Shown: positions 8,799 to 18,161 of the stretch, piece after piece
Numbering within the stretch: position 1 is the first letter of the stretch
Layout: each line of letters begins with the position of its first letter
NCBI GenBank assembly: GCA_031362565.1
Contig: JANLSU010000126.1
Span: 21,526-85,525 of the forward strand
Length of the DNA: 64,000 bases
Direction of reading: 5' to 3'
From: a bacterium
Lineage (GTDB): Bacteria > Krumholzibacteriota > Krumholzibacteriia > G020349025
Translations under genes and position numbers: made by a program
The notes under the pieces: model-generated
Databases searched by the model: none
What the model was told of the DNA's origin: nothing
Seen by the model: the letters and a program-made list of their open reading frames with translations, nothing else

Positions 8799-9821
8799 CT
8801 ACTCCGGGGCGGTTGAGGCGAGAGCGAGAATTGCGGCGCGCATGTCGTCGGGCATGGGGGCGCGAAAATGCATGCGAACGTGCGTGCTGGGGTGGGTGAA
8901 CTCGAGCCGGGCGGCATGCAGGGCAGGTCGCGCCAGGGTGCGGTGTACGGCGCCGAGGGGGGTCTCGGGACGCAGGCCTTTGGGCCCATAGAGTGGGTCG
9001 CCGAGCAGCGGCCATCCGGCGGCTTGAGAGTGCACGCGGATTTGGTGCGTGCGCCCCGATTCGAGTGTGAAGGCAAGCAGGGTTGCACCCGGCAGACGGC
9101 GCAGGAGGCGCCAATGGGTGCGAGCGGGGCGTGGGCGCAGGTCGAGCCGCGGGTCGCTGTAGCCGCTCTCGGAAACTTGCGGACGGACGATCGTGCGCAG
9201 TGCGTGGGGAACGTCCTCGGCGCGCATCGCCTGCATGCGTGTGGGGCGAGCCGGGTCGCGGCCGATATAGAGGTCGATCACACCCGCATGGGAGGTCGGT
9301 TCACCTAAGGCGAGGGCCACGTAGTTGCGGTTCACACGCCGATGTTCGACGTCGAAGGACAGCAGGCGACGCGCCTCGAGTGTTTTGGCCATGACCACGA
9401 GACCCGATGTCAGCCGGTCGAGGCGGTGCACGAGGCCCATGGCGGTTGGATCGTCGCCGCGATCGCGCATGCGATGGTACAAGCCATTGAGAAGCGTACG
9501 CTGGAATTCGCGGCCGACCGGATGCATGAGGAGCCCCGCGGGCTTGTCGACAACAGCGATGTCGGCGTCTTCATAGACGATTTTGAAGTCGACGGGTTCG
9601 GAGGCACGGTCGAGTTGGCGCGCCTCGAAGGTCGGCAGGCGAATGACCTCGCCGCCCACGAGGACATGATTCGGACGTACGGTTTGGCCGTCTACGAGAA
9701 CGTCACCTGCATGGATATGGCGTTGAACGCGGTTGCGCGACACGTGCGCCAGGCGGCGTGTCAGGTACACGTCCAGCCGGACGCGTTCCCGTAGATTTAC
9801 GTGGATCTCTTCCGAACTCAT
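8799..9821 (-). CDS. rluD: RluA/RluD family 23S rRNA pseudouridine synthase with N-terminal S4 domain
   Basis: S4-like 'RLDVYL...SRNRVQRHI', 'VVDKPAGLLMHP', catalytic 'HRLDRLTSG', 'GRTHQIRVH', 'GDPLYG', 'LHAARL'. Confidence 0.88.
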   Translation of the reverse strand: MSSEEIHVNLRERVRLDVYLTRRLAHVSRNRVQRHIHAGDVLVDGQTVRPNHVLVGGEVIRLPTFEARQLDRASEPVDFKIVYEDADIAVVDKPAGLLMHPVGREFQRTLLNGLYHRMRDRGDDPTAMGLVHRLDRLTSGLVVMAKTLEARRLLSFDVEHRRVNRNYVALALGEPTSHAGVIDLYIGRDPARPTRMQAMRAEDVPHALRTIVRPQVSESGYSDPRLDLRPRPARTHWRLLRRLPGATLLAFTLESGRTHQIRVHSQAAGWPLLGDPLYGPKGLRPETPLGAVHRTLARPALHAARLEFTHPSTHVRMHFRAPMPDDMRAAILALASTAPE

Positions 9822-9849
9822 GGCTGAAATTGCGCCGCCACCCGCGGCC

Positions 9850-10314
9850 TCACTGCACGTACTCGGACTCGGAGCGAAAGATTTCGAACACGTCGGCTGG
9901 ACTGGCCGATTCCCGCAGGCGGTCCTTGAAGTGCTCGCTCTGCAAGAGGCGCGAGACGCGCGCCAGGAGCTTGACATAGACGCTGGACGCGCTCTTGGGA
10001 CCCACGAGCATGAACACCAGGTCCACAGGCTGGCCGTCGAGCGCCTGGAAGTCCATCGGGGCCGCAGTGCGGCCAAAAACGAGGACGAGGGTATCGATGT
10101 CGTTGGTCAAAGCGTGAGGGATTGCGATCCCGCCGCCGATGCCGGTGCTCATCACCTGCTCGCGTTTGAGCAGTTCACCCATCAGCCCGGCAGCGTCTCG
10201 AACTCGCCCAGACTGTAGCAATCGGTCCACAAGTTTTCCGAGCAGTTCCTGTTTATCGTTCGCTGCGATCCCGAGTGCGATCAAGTCGGGTGCCGCGTAG
10301 TCCTCGAGCCGCAA
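9850..10314 (-). CDS. ptsN: PTS IIA component (fructose/nitrogen-regulatory PtsN-like)
   Basis: 'REQVMSTGIGGGIAIPH' with the phospho-His, and 'DFQALDGQPVDLVFML'. TTG start after a GGGAG SD. Confidence 0.85.
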   Translation of the reverse strand: MRLEDYAAPDLIALGIAANDKQELLGKLVDRLLQSGRVRDAAGLMGELLKREQVMSTGIGGGIAIPHALTNDIDTLVLVFGRTAAPMDFQALDGQPVDLVFMLVGPKSASSVYVKLLARVSRLLQSEHFKDRLRESASPADVFEIFRSESEYVQ

Positions 10315-10485
10315 GCGTAACTCCCGTTGGTAAAACAAGTTGTGGGCGGACCAAACCTGAAGACGGTACAAGCCCCGGGCCCCGGGTGTCAACGGGCGTC
10401 CCGACAGGGCCGTGGAACGGTTTCTGCTTGCAGCCAATCCGGCCGCGCAGCACTTTATCGGGGCGACGCTTACCGGTGAGGCAGG

Positions 10486-11778
10486 ATGGCCACGACATAC
10501 GTCCTCGACACCAACGTTCTGCTCCACGACGCTAAGGCTCTCCACGCGTTCGGCAGTTCCACGATCGTCATTCCCCTCGACGTGCTCGAGGAGTTGGACC
10601 AGTTCAAGAAGAACACCGACGAGGTCGGGCGCAACGCCCGGCGGGTGATTCGCGAGTTGGACGCCCTGCGGCAATCCGGGTCGCTCGTCGAGGGCGTGCG
10701 GGTCAATGGCGGCATGGTGCGGGTGCTCGCCGACTACAAGCCGCAGACCGTGCCCCACGGCATGGACCTGCAGGTCGTCGACAACCGCATTCTGCTCTGT
10801 GCCCGCTACCTCGAGGAGCAGGGCCTCGGTCCGGCGGTCGTCGTCTCCAAAGACATCAATGCCCGCATCAAAGGTGATGCGCTCGGCATCAAGACCGAGG
10901 ACTTCGAAGCCAACAAGGTCAACTTCGAGGAACTGTACAAGGGCTGGGAGGAACGCGAGGTAGCGCCTGAGATGCTCGAGGCCTTCTACCGCGAAGGTGG
11001 ATTCGAGCCCGATTGGCAGGCGCAACCCAACGAGTGTTTCATCCTGCGCAGTAACGCCAACCCCCAGCAGAGCGCCATCGCCGTACGCGCCGCGAACGGC
11101 CGCATCGAGCCGCTGCGCCAGACCGAAGCGCATCCCTGGGGCATCAAACCCCTCAACGTGCAGCAGAAGTTCGCGCTCGAGTTGCTGCTCGACGACCGCG
11201 TGCAGTTGGTAACGCTGGTCGGCGGCGCCGGCACCGGCAAGACGCTCCTGGCACTCGCCTGCGGCCTGACCAAAGTCATGGACGAGCGCGTGTACTCCAA
11301 GGTGTTCGTGTCGCGCCCCATCATGCCGCTCGGGCGCGACATCGGCTATCTGCCGGGCACCAAGGAAGAAAAGCTCGAACACTGGATGCAGCCCATCTTC
11401 GACAACCTGAAGATGCTCACCGACTCGTTCTACGACGACGAAGACAAACTACAGTACTTGCTCGACAGCAAGGTTCTGGAACTCGAAGCGGTGACGTACA
11501 TCCGCGGCCGTTCATTGCCGCGCCAGTTCATCATCATCGACGAAGCCCAGAACCTGACGCCGCACGAAACGAAAACGATCATCAGCCGCGCCGGGACGAA
11601 CACCAAAGTCATCCTGACCGGCGACCCGTATCAAATCGACAATCCGTATCTGGATGCGTCGAGCAACGGGCTGACCTACGTCGTCGAACGCTTCAAGGGC
11701 CAGGAGTTGTTCGGCCAGGTGTTGCTGACGCGCACGGAACGCAGTCCGCTGGCGGCACTCGCGGCGTCGCTCCTCTAG
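10486..11778 (+). CDS. PIN-domain/PhoH-family ATPase (PhoH2/YlaK-like)
   Basis: N-terminal PIN 'YVLDTNVLLHD'. Walker A 'GGAGTGKT', 'YIRGRS', 'IIDEAQN', 'GDPYQID'. Confidence 0.93.
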   Translation: MATTYVLDTNVLLHDAKALHAFGSSTIVIPLDVLEELDQFKKNTDEVGRNARRVIRELDALRQSGSLVEGVRVNGGMVRVLADYKPQTVPHGMDLQVVDNRILLCARYLEEQGLGPAVVVSKDINARIKGDALGIKTEDFEANKVNFEELYKGWEEREVAPEMLEAFYREGGFEPDWQAQPNECFILRSNANPQQSAIAVRAANGRIEPLRQTEAHPWGIKPLNVQQKFALELLLDDRVQLVTLVGGAGTGKTLLALACGLTKVMDERVYSKVFVSRPIMPLGRDIGYLPGTKEEKLEHWMQPIFDNLKMLTDSFYDDEDKLQYLLDSKVLELEAVTYIRGRSLPRQFIIIDEAQNLTPHETKTIISRAGTNTKVILTGDPYQIDNPYLDASSNGLTYVVERFKGQELFGQVLLTRTERSPLAALAASLL

Positions 11779-11797
11779 AGCCCGCCCCCCCCCAGGG

Positions 11798-11827
11798 TTG
11801 CCAGGGCCCAGGATGGGGTGCTATCGT
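11798..11827 (+). promoter_or_regulatory. Candidate sigma-70 promoter (extended -10) for the lat leader region
   Basis: TTGCCA (11798-11803), 18-nt spacer, TG-c-TATCGT (11819-11827). Confidence 0.55.
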
Positions 11828-11875
11828 GAAGGGGTCGAAATGTCTGCATCGAGGCCAAAGCCCGAAGAGGCCGCC

Positions 11876-11947
11876 ATGCTTCGCACCCTGCATTCCAAGC
11901 TCGTATACGTCATCGAGCGCAAGCCACCGCCCACGACCGGCTCCTGA
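11876..11947 (+). CDS. Putative leader peptide (uORF) MLRTLHSKLVYVIERKPPPTTGS
   Basis: ATG preceded by GAAGAGG, with an in-frame upstream ATG at 11840. It lies between a promoter and lat, and the stop codon is immediately followed by a GC hairpin. Too short for the ORF track. Confidence 0.45.
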   Translation: MLRTLHSKLVYVIERKPPPTTGS

Positions 11948-11970
11948 CGGCGCCCGGCGCGCCGTGCTTT
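11947..11970 (+). terminator. Hairpin with a short pyrimidine tail (possible attenuator)
   Basis: ACGGCGC (11947-11953) pairs with GCGCCGT (11959-11965), followed by GCTTTCCTCTC. The U-tract is weak. Confidence 0.35.
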
Positions 11971-12085
11971 CCTCTCGATTCCGAGGTGTGATCCAGAAGA
12001 CGCACGCGACGCGCGCGGCCGCCTCCGCGTCTGGTTCGTCACACCTCTAGCCATTCGGATCGCCGCGCAAGGAGCCTTGGGAACG

Positions 12086-13417
12086 ATGACTCAAACAACG
12101 ATGCACCGGCTGACTCCGGACGGCGTCCACGCGGCGCTCGCCCAGGTCATGTTGGCCGACGGATTCGACATGGTGCTCGATCTGGAGCGCAGCAGCGGGG
12201 TGCGGCTGTACGACGCCAAGCATGGGCGTACCTATCTCGACATGTTCTCGTGTTTCGCATCGGCGCCGCTCGGATTCAACCACCCACGCCTGCTCGAACC
12301 CGAGTTCGTGGCGCGCCTCGGCCGCCTGGCGGTCAACAAACCGTCCAACGCCGACCTCTACACGGTAGAGATGGCGGAATTCGTCGACACCTTCCGGCGC
12401 CACGCCCAGCCCGCCGGCATGCCGCACGTCTTCTTCATCGAGGGCGGCGCCATGGGCGTCGAAAACGCCATCAAGACCGCCATGGACTGGAAGGTCCGCA
12501 AGAACCTGGCGCGTGGCGCCGGCGAAAAGGGCCACCGCGTCATCCACTTCAAGCAGTGCTTTCACGGCCGCAGCGGCTACACCATGTCGTGCACCAACAC
12601 CGATCCGCTCAAGACCATGTACTTCGCCAAGTTCGACTGGCCGCGGATCAGCAATCCCAAGCTGTCGTTCCCGCTCACCAAGGCGGGGCTCGCGGCCGTG
12701 CAAGCCGCCGAGGCCGAGGCGGTGCGCGAAATCGAGGCCGCGTTCGCCGCGACCCCGAACGACATCTGCGCCATTCTCATCGAACCCATCCAGGCGGAGG
12801 GCGGCGACAACCACTTCCGCAGCGAATTCCTGCGCGAACTGCGCCGCTTGGCCGACGAACACGAAGCGTTTCTCATTTTCGACGAGGTGCAGACGGGCCT
12901 GGGCACCACGGGCACGATGTGGGCCTTCGAACACTTCGGCGTCGTGCCGGATGCGATCGCGTTCGGCAAGAAAGTGCAATTGGGCGGCTGTTGGGTGGGC
13001 CCGCGCGTCGACGAGGTCCCGGACAACGTCTTCAAGGTCGCGAGCCGCATCAATTCGACCTGGGGCGGCAATCTGGTCGACATGACGCGCAGCCGGCGCA
13101 TCATCGAAGTCATTGTCGAGGAGAAACTCGTCGAGCGGGCAGCACGCGTCGGCGCGCACCTGGTGGCCGGCCTCGAACGCCTCTGCCAGCGCTACCCCGA
13201 ACGACTCTCGAACCCGCGCGGCCGCGGCTCCATGTGCGCCTTCGACCTGCCTGACAAGGACACGCGCGACGCGACCCGGCGCGCCTGCTATGAACACGGC
13301 ATGATGATCTTGGCGTGCGGCGAGCGATCGATTCGTTTTCGCGCCGCGCTCGTCGCGACCGAGGCCGATATCGACGCGGCGCTCGAGATCTTGGACAGGG
13401 TGTTGGCCGGCCGCTGA
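12086..13417 (+). CDS. lat: L-lysine 6-transaminase (class III PLP aminotransferase)
   Basis: 'LADGFDMVLDL', 'NKPSNADLY', 'FFIEGGAMGVENAIKTAMDWK', 'EPIQAEGGDNHF', 'FDEVQTG', 'FGKK', 'SRINSTWGGN'. AAGGAG SD; alternative TTG start at 12077. Confidence 0.9.
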   Translation: MTQTTMHRLTPDGVHAALAQVMLADGFDMVLDLERSSGVRLYDAKHGRTYLDMFSCFASAPLGFNHPRLLEPEFVARLGRLAVNKPSNADLYTVEMAEFVDTFRRHAQPAGMPHVFFIEGGAMGVENAIKTAMDWKVRKNLARGAGEKGHRVIHFKQCFHGRSGYTMSCTNTDPLKTMYFAKFDWPRISNPKLSFPLTKAGLAAVQAAEAEAVREIEAAFAATPNDICAILIEPIQAEGGDNHFRSEFLRELRRLADEHEAFLIFDEVQTGLGTTGTMWAFEHFGVVPDAIAFGKKVQLGGCWVGPRVDEVPDNVFKVASRINSTWGGNLVDMTRSRRIIEVIVEEKLVERAARVGAHLVAGLERLCQRYPERLSNPRGRGSMCAFDLPDKDTRDATRRACYEHGMMILACGERSIRFRAALVATEADIDAALEILDRVLAGR

Positions 13418-13432
13418 GACGCCCGGCGCCCG

Positions 13433-14806
13433 TCAGGGGCTTCCGGGCGCCGTTGTCTCTTCGGCCTGGATACGCTCGAGATCGAACGGCAAGCGCAGCA
13501 CGTCGGCCGGCGACAGGTAGAAAACCGCCGGCTCGCCCGGGCCGCGCGCGAACAAGTTGAATCCGCGCGGATCCTTCTTGCCGATATCGAGCCCGGAGAC
13601 CTGGCGCCCGGCGCTGAACAATTGGATCGCCAGCGCCGGCGGGTCGTACATTTTAGCCACCGGCTGAGCGTCCGGGAAGCCCGCGACCTGCATCGTCAGC
13701 AGGTCCGTCAGCATTCCGTCGACCGCGCCCGGCGCGAGTGCGAAGGTGCTGTCGACCCTGGTGCTCGACGCCACCTTCCAGTCGATCGACGAACGCCGTT
13801 TGAGCGTAAACCGGTCGTCGGGTGTCAACGCCCGCACCTCGTCGATCGTCTGAGGATCGAACGTCATCAGCGCCTTGCGATCACGCGGGTCGACCACGAG
13901 TGAGATCGCGGCGTCGAAGGGCTTGGCGTCGACCTTGAACACCTCGGGCTTGTCCGGCACCATCGCGAAGTACGCACCGAACCCATCGGCAAATCCGAGC
14001 AAGACATCCGCTAGAAGCGCGTCGCCCGTGCCCCGCACCTCGACGCCAAATCGCCGGTTGTCGAGGCCGAATTTCCGGGCGTCCGCCTTGTTTTCCGCCG
14101 CGATGCCCACGCCCGACAACTTCGCCAATCCGAGCGTCAGCGACAACGCCCGCGTCGGATCGGCGCGCCAAGCCACCGGCCCCTCGACGCGCCAACCGTA
14201 CTGCGGGTCGCGCCGAAACGCCCCAGTGCCGTTCTTGAGTGTCCGCACCACGATGCGCTGCACGTCGTCCGCTGCAAGGTCCACCATGCGCTTGTCACGC
14301 CACCCGAAAGCGTTCGCCAACGAATACGTGAGCAGGCTCGACGTCGTGAGAACGACACTCTTGGAGTCGTTCACCAGCCCGTAGACGAAGGTCTGCTGTG
14401 GATTGATGCGCCCGAGCTGCAGGCGCTCGGTGTGGCCGCCGGCATCGATCTCGAGAGTCGCCGCCGGCGCGTCGAGGCCATAGCGCGGGTAGTCGCCGCG
14501 CCCGACCTCGTCTTCGATCCTGGCCGCGGCCAGCGTGTCGAGAAAAGCCTGCATGGTGGCTGGATCGCACGGTGCCACAACCGGACGGATGAGGAACCAC
14601 TGCCCCGAGCGCTTCTGCAGGTCGAACACGGTTTGGGAATGGGTGATGCGCACCGCCGTCACTTCCGCCGTCCCCAGCTTGAGCAACTTGTCGGCGGCCT
14701 TGCGCTTCTCGGCGCGGTTGTGGCCGCCGATCACTTCGTGCAGGTACACCCACCCCCCCAAGCAGAGCGCCAACCCGAGCACGATCCATGTCGTCTTGAA
14801 TTTCAT
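13433..14806 (-). CDS. DUF4340-like periplasmic protein associated with the Gld-like ABC transporter
   Basis: N-terminal TM anchor, three internally repeated units ('YGLDAP', 'KFGLDN', 'WRDKR', 'PRDRK'), and position downstream of gldA/F/G-like genes. Confidence 0.75.
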   Translation of the reverse strand: MKFKTTWIVLGLALCLGGWVYLHEVIGGHNRAEKRKAADKLLKLGTAEVTAVRITHSQTVFDLQKRSGQWFLIRPVVAPCDPATMQAFLDTLAAARIEDEVGRGDYPRYGLDAPAATLEIDAGGHTERLQLGRINPQQTFVYGLVNDSKSVVLTTSSLLTYSLANAFGWRDKRMVDLAADDVQRIVVRTLKNGTGAFRRDPQYGWRVEGPVAWRADPTRALSLTLGLAKLSGVGIAAENKADARKFGLDNRRFGVEVRGTGDALLADVLLGFADGFGAYFAMVPDKPEVFKVDAKPFDAAISLVVDPRDRKALMTFDPQTIDEVRALTPDDRFTLKRRSSIDWKVASSTRVDSTFALAPGAVDGMLTDLLTMQVAGFPDAQPVAKMYDPPALAIQLFSAGRQVSGLDIGKKDPRGFNLFARGPGEPAVFYLSPADVLRLPFDLERIQAEETTAPGSP

Positions 14807-14816
14807 TCCACTCCCG

Positions 14817-16427
14817 CTAACCCCGGCTGCGCCGGCGCAGAGTCACGAAGATGCCAAGTGCGGCGACAATCCCCGGCAGCAGAGCCACCGACACCAGATT
14901 GATCGCGCCCAGTTCCGCCTTGGTGAATGACACGCGCCGCGAGTCGGGATCCTTGGGCCGCACTGCGATCAGATCCTCGTCCTGCGCCAGCCACGCGACG
15001 CAGTTCAGGAAGAAGTTGCCATTGCCCATGTCGGGGAAATTGCGGTTGCTGGCAAATTCGGAGTCGCCGATGACGACCAGGCGGGCCTCGGTATCGCTCG
15101 TGGCACCGGCGGCGCGCAGCGCTTCCTTCTCGACGTGCGCGTCACCTGGGGTCTCGACGCTCACCGCCGGATCCAGTTCGCGGGCGATGCCGGCCACATC
15201 CAGCCGCACCGCCATGGCGATCGGCACCGGCCCCGGCACGTCGTTCGGATCGCCGGCACTCACCCTGGAGTTGTCGACGTCGCCATCCGCCCAGCTCTCG
15301 GGACTCGTGAACGCCAGCACCGCCGACTCGGCGCGGCCGTTGTAAGCGCTCCACGCCCGCACCGAGCGCACGAGTTCGAAGTAGGTCGGCAGGCGAAACT
15401 GCTTGGTGATCGCGTGCACGCCGTAGCGGTTCACCAGCGGTACCAGCGGCCCGCGACCGAGAAGCTGCCCGGTGGGGCTCGTATCCACGACCCGGTCGTT
15501 CCCGACCTCGACACCCCACAGGTGGCAATAACCCTCGAGCCCGGTATCGAATCGTGGGTCGAGCAAGAACATGCACCGGTGGCCGCTTTGCAAATAGCGC
15601 GCAATAGCGGTGAGTTCGGTGTCGAGCAAATGCGACTTGGCGCCTGCCACCACGAGCACGTCACAGTCGGTGGGCACGTCGGCCTTGCCTTGCAGCGACA
15701 ACGGCTGCGGATCGTAGTTCTCCCGCTTCAGCGCCTCGGCCGCGGCCGTGAAGCCGGTGATTCCCTTCGACGTCATGTCCTTCTCGCCATGGTCGACCAG
15801 GAAGTACACCTTCTTGCGCCCCGAGCGCGACACCTTGATGAGCGCGTTGGTGACTTCTTCTTCGCCGAGCGCCTGAATCCGTTCGATTTTCTCGCCGGCA
15901 TCGAAGACGATGGTGCCGAAGTTATTGACGCCATAGCGCTCCGCCTGCTGCGGATCTTTGTTGAGGTCGTCCATGTGCACGCGCAGGAGGCCATTGCGGC
16001 GGGTGTATTCGCGCAACAGATCGCGCGCCGTGTCGCGTGTTGAACGGTCGAAGAACACATGGATGTCGATGCGCTTGCGCACCCCCTGCAACACCTTCAG
16101 CGACTTGTCGGAAAGACTGAACTCGTGGGTCGCCGTGAAATCGGCGCGCCAACTGTGGCGGTCGGCCATGAACCCCACCAGCGCCAGAATGATGGCGACC
16201 AAACCCGACAGCACGAGAGCGTTGACTCCGTAGCGCGCCGACCGCCGCGTCAGATAGCGATTCAGGTCGCGCCATGAAAGCACCACGGCGAGCGACCAGG
16301 CGGCGCCGCCCGCTGCCAAGAGCACCGTTGACAACGCCCCGCCCCAACCCTGGAACGCCGACAAGAAGACCGCCAGCACGAGCAGCAATACACCGGCGCC
16401 GACGATGATCCAGAAGCGCTGCTTCAC
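14817..16427 (-). CDS. GldG-like ABC transporter auxiliary component
   Basis: 'DFTATHEFSLS', 'KVYFLVDHGEK', 'RLVVIGDSEF...GNGNFFLNCVAWL', with N- and C-terminal TM helices. Confidence 0.85.
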   Translation of the reverse strand: MKQRFWIIVGAGVLLLVLAVFLSAFQGWGGALSTVLLAAGGAAWSLAVVLSWRDLNRYLTRRSARYGVNALVLSGLVAIILALVGFMADRHSWRADFTATHEFSLSDKSLKVLQGVRKRIDIHVFFDRSTRDTARDLLREYTRRNGLLRVHMDDLNKDPQQAERYGVNNFGTIVFDAGEKIERIQALGEEEVTNALIKVSRSGRKKVYFLVDHGEKDMTSKGITGFTAAAEALKRENYDPQPLSLQGKADVPTDCDVLVVAGAKSHLLDTELTAIARYLQSGHRCMFLLDPRFDTGLEGYCHLWGVEVGNDRVVDTSPTGQLLGRGPLVPLVNRYGVHAITKQFRLPTYFELVRSVRAWSAYNGRAESAVLAFTSPESWADGDVDNSRVSAGDPNDVPGPVPIAMAVRLDVAGIARELDPAVSVETPGDAHVEKEALRAAGATSDTEARLVVIGDSEFASNRNFPDMGNGNFFLNCVAWLAQDEDLIAVRPKDPDSRRVSFTKAELGAINLVSVALLPGIVAALGIFVTLRRRSRG

Positions 16428-16440
16428 CCGTGTCTCCCCT

Positions 16441-17223
16441 TTACCGGTACTTGAGCGAATCGACCGAGCGCAACGTCAGGAAGAGGCCCAAGAACACGAA
16501 GCTCAGATAAAAAACAATGTGCTTCGTGTCGAGGATGCCCTTGCTGAAGTCTTCGAAATGGCTGACCAGCGACAACTCGCTCAGCCACTGCCCGAAAGTC
16601 GAACCCGGATCGCCCAACAGCCCGGCGAGCCACAAGAGCAGCACCGCGCCGAGGCCGCCCACGCCGGCCACCACTTGGCTGCGGGTGAGCGACGAAATGA
16701 AGATGCCAACGACCAAGAACGCCTCGCCCTGCAGAAAGAGGCCCAAGAAGGCCACCAGCAGGGTCGGCCCGTGCGGATTGCCGAAGAAGAACAGGCTGCT
16801 CGTGAGCCCGAGCGCCAGCACCACCATGACGGCGAACACAGTGCTCGCCGCCAAGAACTTGGCGACCACGATGTCGAGGACATCGAGCGGCGACGTGAGC
16901 AAGAGCTCCATCGTGCCGGCGCGGTGCTCGTCCGCGAAGGTGCCCATCGTGATGAACGGCAGCATGAAGAGAGTCAATGCCGCCAGGCTGGTCATGACCG
17001 GACGGAGGAGGTACAGCTGCAAGCCGGCCGGTTGCACCTCTTGTCCCGACGCCGTCATCCGCTCGCGCAGGTACGTATCGAACGCCACGTACTCGCGCAC
17101 CGCATTCATGAAGAACAGCCCGGCCAGCAACACGAACACGGTGATCACCACGTAGGCGATCGGCGATGTGAAGTAGGCCCGCATCTCGCGGGCGTAGACC
17201 GGTAGAATCCCTTTGCCCGTCAC
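16441..17223 (-). CDS. GldF-like ABC-2 type permease
   Basis: 'REMRAYFTSPIAYV', 'EHRAGTMELLLTSP', 'HFEDFSKGILD'. The GTG start overlaps the upstream stop (GTGA). Confidence 0.88.
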   Translation of the reverse strand: MTGKGILPVYAREMRAYFTSPIAYVVITVFVLLAGLFFMNAVREYVAFDTYLRERMTASGQEVQPAGLQLYLLRPVMTSLAALTLFMLPFITMGTFADEHRAGTMELLLTSPLDVLDIVVAKFLAASTVFAVMVVLALGLTSSLFFFGNPHGPTLLVAFLGLFLQGEAFLVVGIFISSLTRSQVVAGVGGLGAVLLLWLAGLLGDPGSTFGQWLSELSLVSHFEDFSKGILDTKHIVFYLSFVFLGLFLTLRSVDSLKYR

Positions 17224-18161
17224 GCCGCCCGCCCTTCCGCCGAAACGACCCGCAAATAGATTTCCTCGAGGCTGGTTTCCTGGGTCCGCATTTCGACGAG
17301 TCCCCAGCCGTGCTCGACGATCAGTTTCGCAAGCGCCGGGCGCAGGTCGTCGCGGCGCTCGCACAACAGCCGGTAGCGCCGCCGCCCGGGGGTCGCCGGC
17401 GCGGCCTCGACGCGCTGCACGCCGGCCACTGCACCCACTTCCGCACTCACATCGGCCGCCACGATGATTTCGAGGTGCAAGGTCTCGCGGTCGGTGCCGT
17501 GGGTGCTCAAATCCTTCAAGTCCTCCGCCAACACGATGTGCCCCTGGTTGATGATGATGACCCGCTCACACGTCATGGTGACTTCCGGCAGAATGTGCGT
17601 CGACAAGATGATCGTGTGTTCGCCCGCCAGTTCACGCACCAACCGCCGCACCTCCACCACCTGCTTCGGGTCGAGCCCGGAAGTCGGTTCGTCCAGGATC
17701 AGAATAGGTGGCCCGTGCAGGATGGCCTGCGCCAGTCCAACCCGTTGCCGGTAGCCCTTCGACAGCTTGCCCGTGGTGCGGTTCTGCACATCGCCCAAGC
17801 CGCAGCGCTCGACCGTCGCATCGAGCCGGCGGCGAATCTCCGAGCGCGGCACCATCTTGATGCGCGCCACGAATTCGAGGTACTCGCGGACCCGCATGTC
17901 GGGATAGAGCGGCGGCGATTCCGGCAAGTAGCCGATGCGCCGTTTGACTTCGTCGGCCTGCTCGAAGACGTCGAATCCGGCGACGCGCGCCGTGCCTTCG
18001 GTCGCCGGCTGGAAGCAGGTGAGAATGCGCATCGTGGTGCTCTTGCCGGCCCCATTCGGGCCCAAGAACCCGACGATTTCACCGGCCCGCACCTGAAAGC
18101 TCACATTTTCGATGGCGCGCTTGCCCGGATACACCTTGGTCAGGCGGTCGGCGACGATCAC
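17220..18161 (-). CDS. GldA-like ABC transporter ATP-binding protein
   Basis: Walker A 'GPNGAGKST', signature 'LSKGYRQR', Walker B 'LILDEPTSGLDP', H-loop 'STH'. Confidence 0.93.
   Translation of the reverse strand: MIVADRLTKVYPGKRAIENVSFQVRAGEIVGFLGPNGAGKSTTMRILTCFQPATEGTARVAGFDVFEQADEVKRRIGYLPESPPLYPDMRVREYLEFVARIKMVPRSEIRRRLDATVERCGLGDVQNRTTGKLSKGYRQRVGLAQAILHGPPILILDEPTSGLDPKQVVEVRRLVRELAGEHTIILSTHILPEVTMTCERVIIINQGHIVLAEDLKDLSTHGTDRETLHLEIIVAADVSAEVGAVAGVQRVEAAPATPGRRRYRLLCERRDDLRPALAKLIVEHGWGLVEMRTQETSLEEIYLRVVSAEGRAA

Noticed and set aside
9850..11382. Apparent N-terminal extensions or fusions in the ORF track (ptsN 510 aa; also 967-2673, 17220-19460, 23035-25395, 26287-28077)
   Set aside because: The extensions overlap other real genes. 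SD-supported internal starts give normal-length proteins.
10486..11778. PIN-PhoH as a toxin-antitoxin or defence system
   Set aside because: This is a widespread conserved family, and no small upstream antitoxin gene is present. The upstream gene is the divergent ptsN.
11785..11793. C9 homopolymer as a phase-variation tract
   Set aside because: It lies after the phoH-like stop and upstream of the predicted -35, so length changes would affect neither a reading frame nor promoter spacing.
11830..12085. Canonical lysine (L-box) riboswitch upstream of lat
   Set aside because: The conserved L-box sequence and multi-helix architecture were not recognisable. A uORF plus hairpins fits better.
13433..18161. 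GldA/F/G-like genes as evidence of gliding motility or T9SS
   Set aside because: This ABC plus DUF4340 cassette is common in non-gliding bacteria, and no gldK-N/spr genes occur in the window.
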